12,677 nucleotides of DNA, from positions 1 to 12,677 of the forward strand of contig JAYWEM010000043.1 in NCBI GenBank assembly GCA_043779265.1. Direction: 5' to 3'. Position 1 is the first letter of the stretch, and every line of letters begins with the position of its first letter. A model generated the notes under the pieces. The model did no database searches. It was not told the DNA's origin and saw only the letters and a list, made by a program, of their open reading frames with translations. This DNA comes from a bacterium. Lineage in GTDB: Bacteria; Eisenbacteria; RBG-16-71-46. Position numbers and translations under genes: made by a program. Below, piece by piece: positions 1 to 6,937 of the stretch.

Positions 1-1
1 C

Positions 2-361
2 GCGTACCGCTATCGCCTGGCGCTCGTGCGATCCGACGGCACGAGCTGGCACGAGGGCCCGCTCGAGGTGACGGCGGCCGAGCGCGAGCTGGCGCTGGCG
101 TGGGAACCGCCGGTGCCCAACCCGTCGCTGGGCCGCACGCGCCTGGCGCTGAGTCTGCCGCGTGCGGGAGCGGCGCAGGTCGAGGTGTACGACGTGGCGG
201 GCACGCGCGTCGCTCGCGTGCACGAGGGGGCGCTCGAGGCCGGCCGGCACGCGTGGCAGTGGCCACGCGCCGACGCGCCGCCAGCGGCACCGGGCATCTA
301 CCTGGTGCGGGCCCAGACGGATGGCCGCAGTATCACGGCGCGCGTGGTGGTGACACGGTGA
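2..361 (+). CDS. Partial (5'-truncated) secreted protein with C-terminal FlgD-Ig-like / T9SS type A sorting-like domain
   Basis: Frame is open from the window edge (AYRYRLALVRSDG...) to TGA 359-361. The C-terminus PVPNPS..TRLALSLPRAGAAQVEVYDVAGTRVARV..G.LEAGRH..QW...APGIYLVRA.....TARVVVTR matches the PNP / YDxxGxxV / GxYxxR pattern of these C-terminal domains. Confidence 0.8.
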   Translation, partial: AYRYRLALVRSDGTSWHEGPLEVTAAERELALAWEPPVPNPSLGRTRLALSLPRAGAAQVEVYDVAGTRVARVHEGALEAGRHAWQWPRADAPPAAPGIYLVRAQTDGRSITARVVVTR

Positions 362-511
362 CCCGCGGATCGGGGCCCTTCGCCACGGCGCACTACGGCG
401 TGCGCGAGATGGAATCGTGCATGTTCGAGTCAGTAGCCATCGAGCCCGTGCAGCAGAGGGACCTCCGGGCGAGGCACGGTGACGTATTGCGAAGGGCCCG
501 GTTCCCGGATC
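360..511. ncRNA. Candidate long imperfect stem-loop RNA or inverted-repeat element between convergent genes
   Basis: Perfect 11-bp inverted repeat GGGCCCTTCGC (373-383) / GCGAAGGGCCC (489-499), with imperfect outer pairing to 360/511. Nested inner helices: CAC 391-393/GTG 479-481, CGTGC 399-403/GCACG 474-478, TGCA 418-421/449-452, TCGA 425-428/440-443. Confidence 0.35.
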
Positions 512-531
512 ACGCCATGATGATGCGCGTC

Positions 532-2850
532 TCAGCGCGGAGGGTCCAGTGCCTCCAGCATCGGCAGGATCGCTTCCGTACGGACGATGCGCACCTCGCC
601 ACGAGCGTCGGCCTGCAGCAGCAGTGAGCCTCCGAGCAGGGCGAGCGCATGTGGCCGCGGCGAGCCATCGGGTCCGATGAGCAGGAGACGCTCCACGTCG
701 AGGTCGCGTCCGAGCAGGTCGGCCGCGAGCGCCGCGTAGAGCGCGTACGCCTCGGCGCGCAGGGTGCCGGGCAGCAGCAGTCGCGCCTCGTCACGATCCA
801 CGCGCATCAGCGAGGCATCGAGCGCGACCGCCGAGGCCTGCGCCACCGGGTAACGCGAGGACTCCACGACGGCGATCGAGTCGAGTCCCAGCCGCGGCGC
901 CAGGGCCGCCAGGCGCGTGGCCCAGCGCCTGCCGCCGCCGCTCGAGAAGTAGTGGCCTGCGCTCGGAGCGCCGGCTCGATGCGCGATGCGCACATAGCGC
1001 TCGGCCGCGAAGCCCTCGGCCAGTTGGACGCGCGTGACCTCCGAGACCGGCGCTTCGCTCTCTCGAACCAACAGCACCTCCGCGCCCGAGGCCTGCAGCA
1101 TCGAGGCGAGCGCGCGCGCCACCTGCAGGCTGAGCGCGCTCGCCCGCGTGCCCGAGGGGCCGACGCCCGCAGGGTCCTCGCCGCCACCCTCGGGATCGAT
1201 CGCGATGCGGCGACCACGCAACGCGCCATCGGCGATCGCGACGATGCGAGGCGGCCAGGCGGTCGCATCGGCTGCATCGCGGAAGCCGGCGAGGGCGGGA
1301 CGCTTCCAGTCGCCGGCGCGAGCGTCCGCTGCCACGAAGCCGTCCCGATTGAGCCAGCGCCGCGCCGCCGCCGGTACGAGGCCACGCCACGTCGTGTCGG
1401 CGGGAAGCACTCGCAGGAACGCGGTGCGTGGATCGTCGGCTCCGGCCGGTGCGAGTGTCGCGGTGGCCGAGATCGGCCGCGCGCCATCGCGCAGCGAGAT
1501 GCGGAAGCTCGCGGGCGCAGGCGCGCCGCCACCCGGGCGCGTCGAGAAGTAGGCCCAGGCTTCGCCCTCTCGCACCTCCACCACCGTGTCACTCGGAGCC
1601 ATCGCACGCGGAGCGACCACGCGAAGCGACACTCCATCGGGGATCACGACGCCCGATTGATCGAACATGCGCAGGCGCATTCCCACGGGCTGTCCGCTTC
1701 GCCAGCCATACTGCCCGGGAAAGTCGGCGGTCACGTGCATCGCGGGCTTGTCGATGCGGAACGAGAGGCGCTGCGTGCGGCCGGTGCCCTCGCCCGCGAG
1801 CCGCGCCCGCAGCGAGATCTCATGCACGCCGTTCGGCAGCGGCCGATCGGGCGTCCAACGAAGTGCCCCGTCGCGTGCTTCGGGAGCGATGCGCTCGCCG
1901 CCCAGCCGCATCTCGAAGTGATCGAATGGGCCCTCCACGTTGGCCTCGATCACCGGGTGTCCATGCGACACCGACGGAGTCCCGTCGGCAGCAGCGCGCG
2001 CACCCGCCACACGGAGCCCCTCGATCCGCGGCACACGGCGCGCGAAGTAACGCAGGAGTCCCAGGTAGAGCGCCTCGGCTTCCAGTTGCTGGCCCTCGGG
2101 AGTCCGCAGCCTCGCCTCGGTCGGCGGGAACGTGATGTGACTCGCCTCCGAGAGGAGGGCCGGGGCCTCGCTGTTCCTCACCACATAGAAGTTGCCGGGG
2201 ATCAGCCGCGAGATCTCGATGCCGAGATTGCGCGTGAGCGAGCGATGGACGTCCTCGGCCAGCTCGAGTGCCGGGCCGTCGTCACCCAGTTGGTGAAAGA
2301 CCTGCGTCTCGTTGACATCGTGGCGAGAGCCGGGATCGGCGTTGTGATGGACCGAGACGAAGACGTCCGGCCGCCACGCATTCGCCATGCGAACGCGCTC
2401 GGCGAGATCGACTCGAAGGGAACTGTCGGCAGGGCTCAGGAAGTCGCGGTCGGTCTCGCGTGTCAGCAGTACGTCAGCGCCTGCCGCTCGGAGCAGTGAG
2501 GCCAGCCGGAGGCTGACGGCGAGGTTCGCCTCGGCCTCGGTGAAGCCGCCGACACCCAGCGCGCCTCGGAAGAAACCGCCGTGGCCCGGATCGAGCGCGA
2601 TCCGGCGCCCGACCAAGGGCTGCCGCGAGGCATCGGGAAGCGAATCGGCGCGAGTGACATAGCCCGCCGCGGGCAGACGCCGTGCGCTCGGAGGCGGGCT
2701 GACTCCAGGCTGAGGTGGCGGGGCGCAGGCGGTCAGCGAGAACACCACGGCGAGCGCAGCCATGGCGAGCCTCGCGCCAACGGGCCACCCGCGTCGCAGC
2801 GCCAAGCCTCTTCCAGATGACCAACGCCTCCCTGCGGGCCGCGAACGCAT
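532..2850 (-). CDS. N-acetylmuramoyl-L-alanine amidase (Amidase_3), predicted lipoprotein, with Ig-like middle region and a second degenerate amidase domain
   Basis: 772-aa ORF. Lipobox LTA-C42. Amidase_3 motifs IALDPGH90GG, TE105AEANL, VLLTR, FVSVH168HNA, ALLSE235. A second amidase-like repeat starts at IAIDPEGGG (~aa 549). The ATG at 2850 is supported by the promoter 6 nt upstream; TTG 2805 (after GGAAGAGG) and ATG 2763 are alternative starts. Confidence 0.88.
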   Translation of the reverse strand: MRSRPAGRRWSSGRGLALRRGWPVGARLAMAALAVVFSLTACAPPPQPGVSPPPSARRLPAAGYVTRADSLPDASRQPLVGRRIALDPGHGGFFRGALGVGGFTEAEANLAVSLRLASLLRAAGADVLLTRETDRDFLSPADSSLRVDLAERVRMANAWRPDVFVSVHHNADPGSRHDVNETQVFHQLGDDGPALELAEDVHRSLTRNLGIEISRLIPGNFYVVRNSEAPALLSEASHITFPPTEARLRTPEGQQLEAEALYLGLLRYFARRVPRIEGLRVAGARAAADGTPSVSHGHPVIEANVEGPFDHFEMRLGGERIAPEARDGALRWTPDRPLPNGVHEISLRARLAGEGTGRTQRLSFRIDKPAMHVTADFPGQYGWRSGQPVGMRLRMFDQSGVVIPDGVSLRVVAPRAMAPSDTVVEVREGEAWAYFSTRPGGGAPAPASFRISLRDGARPISATATLAPAGADDPRTAFLRVLPADTTWRGLVPAAARRWLNRDGFVAADARAGDWKRPALAGFRDAADATAWPPRIVAIADGALRGRRIAIDPEGGGEDPAGVGPSGTRASALSLQVARALASMLQASGAEVLLVRESEAPVSEVTRVQLAEGFAAERYVRIAHRAGAPSAGHYFSSGGGRRWATRLAALAPRLGLDSIAVVESSRYPVAQASAVALDASLMRVDRDEARLLLPGTLRAEAYALYAALAADLLGRDLDVERLLLIGPDGSPRPHALALLGGSLLLQADARGEVRIVRTEAILPMLEALDPPR

Positions 2851-2856
2851 GCGGGC

Positions 2857-2886
2857 ACGCTACAGGCACCCGGCGAGTCGCGGCAA
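2857..2886 (-). promoter_or_regulatory. Putative sigma70-type promoter of the amidase gene (leaderless arrangement)
   Basis: The minus strand reads TTGCCG (2886-2881), 18 nt, TAGCGT (2862-2857), 6 nt, ATG (2850). There is no Shine-Dalgarno before this ATG. Confidence 0.6.
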
Positions 2887-2912
2887 CCGACGATGCGGGA
2901 GGCTCTTCGGCC

Positions 2913-2942
2913 TTGCGGGCGCGCTCGCGAGCGTGCTAACTC
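2913..2942 (+). promoter_or_regulatory. Possible promoter of the liv operon, with a 12-bp palindrome in the spacer
   Basis: TTGCGG (2913-2918), 18 nt, TAACTC (2937-2942) preceded by TGc. The -10 lacks the conserved final T. Palindrome CGCTCGCGAGCG at 2922-2933. Confidence 0.3.
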
Positions 2943-3055
2943 TCCCGGTCCTTCCCGGCTTCCGGGCGCACTCCGCCCGACTCCGCACTGGCTCCCCGAC
3001 GCCCCTCCGACACGGGCGGCGCGCGTGGGACGCACGACGCTCCATCTGGTTCCCC

Positions 3056-3062
3056 AAGGAGG
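3056..3062 (+). promoter_or_regulatory. Shine-Dalgarno of livJ/K
   Basis: AAGGAGG, 5 nt upstream of ATG 3068. Confidence 0.85.
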
Positions 3063-3067
3063 CTGTC

Positions 3068-4273
3068 ATGAAGCTGCGCATCGGGCTCGGCCTGGTACTC
3101 GCCCTCACGCTCGCGGCGCTCGTCGGCTGCGGCGATGGCGGCTCGGCGAGGAACGAACTGGTCATCGGCGAGTACGGCTCGCTCACGGGCAGCGATGCGA
3201 CGTTCGGACAGTCCACCAAGATGGGCATCGAGCTGGCACTCGACGAGATCAACGCGCAGTCGCAGGGGCTGATCGGCGGATTGCCGGTGCGCGTCGTGGT
3301 CGAGGACGATCAGGGGCGCCCCGAGGAGGCGGCGACCGTCGTCCAGAAGCTGATCAACCAGGATCGTGTCATCGCCGTGCTCGGCGAGGTCGCCTCGTCG
3401 CGCTCGCTCGCGGCGGCGCCGATCTGCCAGGAGGCGGGCATCCCGATGATCTCGCCCAGCTCGACGAATCCGCGCGTCACCGAAGTGGGCGATGCGATCT
3501 TCCGCATGTGCTTCATCGATCCGTTCCAGGGCACGGTGATGGCCAAGTTCGCCTCGCAGAATCTCGGCCTGAAGCGCGTGGCGATCCTGAAGGACGTCAA
3601 GAGCGACTACTCGGTCGGCCTGACGCAGTACTTCACCGACGCCTTCGTCGCGGCCGGCGGCACGATCGCCGTCGAGCAGGCCTATGCGGCCGGCGACCAG
3701 GACTTCAGCGCTCAGCTGACGGCGATCAAGTCCAAGAAGCCCGAGGCCATCTTCATCCCCGGCTACTACACCGAGGTCGGTCTCATCGCCCGCAAGGCGC
3801 GCGAACTGGGGCTGACGATGCCCATCCTGGGCGGTGACGGCTGGGAGAGCGAGCAGCTGCTGTCCATCGGCGGCGAGGCGCTGAACGGCGCGTACTACTC
3901 GAACCACTTCGCGGTCGACAACCCGGATCCGCGGTTGCAGGCCTGGCTCAAGAGCTTCAAGGACAAGTTCGGCAAGGAGCCCGATGCGATCGCCGGCCTC
4001 GCCTACGACGCGGCGATGGTGCTGTTCTCGCACCTCGAGGCACTGCATCGTGAGGACGACGTGCTGTTCCAGGCGCTCGGCTCGGCCAAGCCCGACAGCC
4101 CGGAGCGCAAGGAGGCCCTCAAGAAGCTGCGCGCGATGATCGCGGCGACCAAGGACTATCCGGGTGTCACCGGCAACATCACGCTCGACTCGATGCGCAA
4201 TGCCACGAAGTCGGCGGTGGTGATCGAGATCAAGGGCGGCCAGAAGGTCTACAACACCACGGTCCATCCCTAG
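3068..4273 (+). CDS. livJ: Branched-chain amino acid ABC transporter substrate-binding lipoprotein (LivJ/LivK family)
   Basis: Start after a strong SD. Signal MKLRIGLGLVLALTLAALVG-C. Family motifs IGEYGSLTGSDATFG, EDDQGRPEEA, GEVASSRSLA, MISPSSTNP, FRMCFIDPFQG, DYSVGL, GGDGW, YDA, YPGVTGNITLD. First gene of a liv operon. The ORF-track extension to 2762 is not coding-like. Confidence 0.93.
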   Translation: MKLRIGLGLVLALTLAALVGCGDGGSARNELVIGEYGSLTGSDATFGQSTKMGIELALDEINAQSQGLIGGLPVRVVVEDDQGRPEEAATVVQKLINQDRVIAVLGEVASSRSLAAAPICQEAGIPMISPSSTNPRVTEVGDAIFRMCFIDPFQGTVMAKFASQNLGLKRVAILKDVKSDYSVGLTQYFTDAFVAAGGTIAVEQAYAAGDQDFSAQLTAIKSKKPEAIFIPGYYTEVGLIARKARELGLTMPILGGDGWESEQLLSIGGEALNGAYYSNHFAVDNPDPRLQAWLKSFKDKFGKEPDAIAGLAYDAAMVLFSHLEALHREDDVLFQALGSAKPDSPERKEALKKLRAMIAATKDYPGVTGNITLDSMRNATKSAVVIEIKGGQKVYNTTVHP

Positions 4274-4281
4274 GACGCGCC

Positions 4282-5184
4282 TTGTCCGAGTTCCTGCAGC
4301 AGTTGGTCAACGGGATCACCTGGGGAAGCGTGTACGCCCTGATCGCTCTGGGCTACACGATGGTCTACGGCATCCTGCGCCTCATCAACTTCGCGCACGG
4401 CGATGTTTATATGCTGGGCGCGTTCATGGGGCTGTATGCGACGCGCTGGTTCAAGGCCGCCGAGGATCCCAACCCGCTGAAGGCCGTGCTCGTCCTGCTC
4501 GTGAGCATGGCGATCTGCGCCGTGATCGGACTGGTGATCGAGCAGTTGGCGTATCGGCCGCTGCGGCGCAGCCCGCGGCTCGCGGCGCTGATCACGGCGA
4601 TCGGCGTCTCGCTGTTCATCGAGAACGCCGGGCTGCTGATCTTCGGGGCCGATCCCAAGTTCTTCCCGCAGATCATCCCGTCCCACAACATCGAACTGGG
4701 TGCGGGCGTGGTGGTGTCGAATCAGCAGTTGATCGTCGTCTCGGTCTCGCTCGTGCTCATGATCGCGCTGCGCATCCTGGTGAAGCACACCAAGGTGGGT
4801 AAGGCGATGCAGGCGGTGTCGCACAGTCATACGGCCGCCTCGCTCATGGGGATCTCGGTCAATCGGATCATCTCGTTCACGTTCGTGATCGGATCCGCGC
4901 TGGCGGCGGCGGCGGGTGTGTTGGTGGCGCTCCAGAGCCCCAAAATCGAGCCGCTCATGGGCATCATGCCGGGGCTCAAGGCGTTCGTCGCCGCCGTCCT
5001 CGGCGGGATCGGCAACATCCCCGGCGCCGTCGTGGGCGGTCTCGTGATGGGCGTGGCCGAGGTGATGGTGACGGGCTACCTGTCGCCGACCTATCGCGAC
5101 GCCATCGCGTTCGTGCTGCTGATCCTCATCCTGCTGTTCCGGCCGGCCGGCATCTTCGGCAAGGCCGTGACCGAGAAGGTGTGA
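4282..5184 (+). CDS. livH: Branched-chain amino acid ABC transporter permease LivH
   Basis: TTG start, 300 aa. QQLVNGITWGSVYALIALGYTMVYGILRLINFAHGD, GKAMQAVS, GLKAFVAAVLGGIGNIPGA, LLFRPAGIFGK. Confidence 0.95.
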   Translation: MSEFLQQLVNGITWGSVYALIALGYTMVYGILRLINFAHGDVYMLGAFMGLYATRWFKAAEDPNPLKAVLVLLVSMAICAVIGLVIEQLAYRPLRRSPRLAALITAIGVSLFIENAGLLIFGADPKFFPQIIPSHNIELGAGVVVSNQQLIVVSVSLVLMIALRILVKHTKVGKAMQAVSHSHTAASLMGISVNRIISFTFVIGSALAAAAGVLVALQSPKIEPLMGIMPGLKAFVAAVLGGIGNIPGAVVGGLVMGVAEVMVTGYLSPTYRDAIAFVLLILILLFRPAGIFGKAVTEKV

Positions 5185-6164
5185 TGCGCTATCTCGGCAC
5201 CCTGCTCGTCCTGCTGGCGCTGGTGGCGCTCAATGTCGCGCTGCCGCAGGTGTTGAATCCCTACTACTTCCAGATCCTCATCCTGATCGGGATCAACATC
5301 ATCCTCGCGGTCTCGCTCAATCTGATCAACGGCTTCACCGGCCAGTTCTCGATCGGGCATGCGGGATTCATGGCGATGGGCGCCTACGCCTCGGCGATGT
5401 TCACGCTCAAGGCCGGCCAGCCGCTGGTCGCGCAGCTCGCCGCAGCGGGCTCGCCGGAGTGGCTGTCGCAGGGCTTCGCGCTCCTCGTCGCACTGGTGCT
5501 CGGCGGGCTGGTCGCGGCGGTTGCCGGCTATCTCGTGGGCCTGCCCTCGCTGCGGCTGCGCGGGGACTATCTCGCCATCGTGACACTCGGCTTCGGCGAG
5601 ATCATCCGCGTGCTGATCCTGAACATCGACGCCGTCGGCGGGGCTCGCGGCCTGCCGGGGATCCCGAAGTGGGCGGACTTCTTCTGGGTGTTCCTGTGCG
5701 TCGTCTGCGTCATCGCACTCTCGGCGCACCTGGCGCGCAGCACGCACGGCCGAGCGCTGTTCGCCATCCGCGACGATGAGATCGCCGCCGAGGCGCTGGG
5801 CGTCGACACCACGCGCTACAAGGTGCTCGCGTTCGTCATCGGCTCGTTCTTCGCGGGGATCGCCGGCGGACTGTTCGCGCACTACCTCTCGTATCTCAAC
5901 CCGAGCACGTTCCACTTCATCAAGAGCATCGAAGTGATCGTGATGGTGGTGCTGGGCGGCATGGGGAGCATCACGGGCTCGGTCCTCGCGGCCATCATGC
6001 TGACGTTGCTGCCCGAAGCGCTGCGCACCGCCGGGCCGCTCCGCATGGTGATCTACTCGCTGATGCTCATCGTGCTCATGATCACGCGGCCGCAGGGCCT
6101 GCTCGGCACCCGCGAGATCTCGTTCAAGTGGTTGCGCCGGAAGCGGACCGAGGCCAAGTCGTGA
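5184..6164 (+). CDS. livM: Branched-chain amino acid ABC transporter permease LivM
   Basis: ATG overlaps the livH stop (TGATG); GTG 5181 is an alternative. SLNLINGFTGQFSIGHAGF, LRLRGDYLAIVTLGFGEI, AIRDDEIAAEALGV, MVVLGGMGS, RPQGLLG. Confidence 0.95.
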   Translation: MRYLGTLLVLLALVALNVALPQVLNPYYFQILILIGINIILAVSLNLINGFTGQFSIGHAGFMAMGAYASAMFTLKAGQPLVAQLAAAGSPEWLSQGFALLVALVLGGLVAAVAGYLVGLPSLRLRGDYLAIVTLGFGEIIRVLILNIDAVGGARGLPGIPKWADFFWVFLCVVCVIALSAHLARSTHGRALFAIRDDEIAAEALGVDTTRYKVLAFVIGSFFAGIAGGLFAHYLSYLNPSTFHFIKSIEVIVMVVLGGMGSITGSVLAAIMLTLLPEALRTAGPLRMVIYSLMLIVLMITRPQGLLGTREISFKWLRRKRTEAKS

Positions 6165-6937
6165 GCGCGCCTTGTCTGCACCTCGAGAACTGCACGATGC
6201 AGTTCGGCGGCCTCAAGGCGGTCAGCCAGTTGGAGCTCATACTGCCCGAGGGCTCGCTGACCGGCCTGATCGGTCCCAACGGCGCCGGCAAGACGACCGC
6301 GTTCAACATGATCACCGGCGTCTACAAGCCGACCTCGGGGACCGTGCGCTTCCAGGGCGAGGTGATCAGCGGCATGAAGGCCAACCGCATCGCGCGCGCC
6401 GGCATCACGCGCACGTTCCAGAACATCCGGCTGTTCACGCAGTTGACCTGCCGCGACAACGTCGCGATCGCGTGTCATCCCATGGCCAAGGCCAGTGTGC
6501 TGGATGCCGTGTTCCAGACGCAGGCGTTCAAGCGCGACGAAGCGGCGCTCTACCAGGTCGCCGACGAGATGATCGAGATCATGGGGCTCGAGTCGGTGAG
6601 CGACGTGCGCTCGACGGAGCTGTCCTATGGCCAGCAGCGCCGCCTCGAGATCGCGCGGGCGCTGGCCGGTCGTCCCAAGCTGTTGCTGCTCGACGAGCCC
6701 GCAGCCGGGCTGAATCCGCAGGAGAGCGAAGCGCTGATGAAGCTCATCCGCGATATCCGGGTCCGGTTCGAGCTCACGCTGCTGTTGATCGAGCACGACA
6801 TGAAGGTCGTGATGGGGATCTGCGAGCGCATCGCCGTGCTGGACCACGGCATCAAGATCGCCGAGGGGACGCCGGCCGAGATCCGCGCCCATCCCAAGGT
6901 CATCGAAGCCTATCTCGGTGAGGAGACGCACGCGTGA
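6161..6937 (+). CDS. livG: Branched-chain amino acid ABC transporter ATP-binding protein LivG
   Basis: GTG start in a GTGA overlap with the livM stop. FGGLKAV, Walker A GPNGAGKTT, RTFQNIRLF, LSYGQQRRLEIARAL, LLLLDEPAAG, IEHDM, C-terminal HPKVIEAYLG. Confidence 0.95.
   Translation: MSAPCLHLENCTMQFGGLKAVSQLELILPEGSLTGLIGPNGAGKTTAFNMITGVYKPTSGTVRFQGEVISGMKANRIARAGITRTFQNIRLFTQLTCRDNVAIACHPMAKASVLDAVFQTQAFKRDEAALYQVADEMIEIMGLESVSDVRSTELSYGQQRRLEIARALAGRPKLLLLDEPAAGLNPQESEALMKLIRDIRVRFELTLLLIEHDMKVVMGICERIAVLDHGIKIAEGTPAEIRAHPKVIEAYLGEETHA

Noticed and set aside
430..534. Selenocysteine read-through of the amidase TGA (33 more open codons to a second TGA), tempting because selA is nearby
   Set aside because: No convincing bacterial SECIS hairpin after the UGA, no Cys/redox motif context, the extension is not domain-like, and TGA is the usual stop in this high-GC window.
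100..627. 175-aa + strand ORF crossing the convergent spacer
   Set aside because: Overlaps two better-supported genes and has no recognisable motifs.
649..2499. 616-aa + strand ORF
   Set aside because: Arg-rich antisense shadow of the amidase gene, as expected in high-GC DNA.
2762..3067. 102-aa N-terminal extension of LivJ in the ORF track
   Set aside because: The strong SD and the lipoprotein signal fix the start at 3068. The extension overlaps the amidase start and both promoters.
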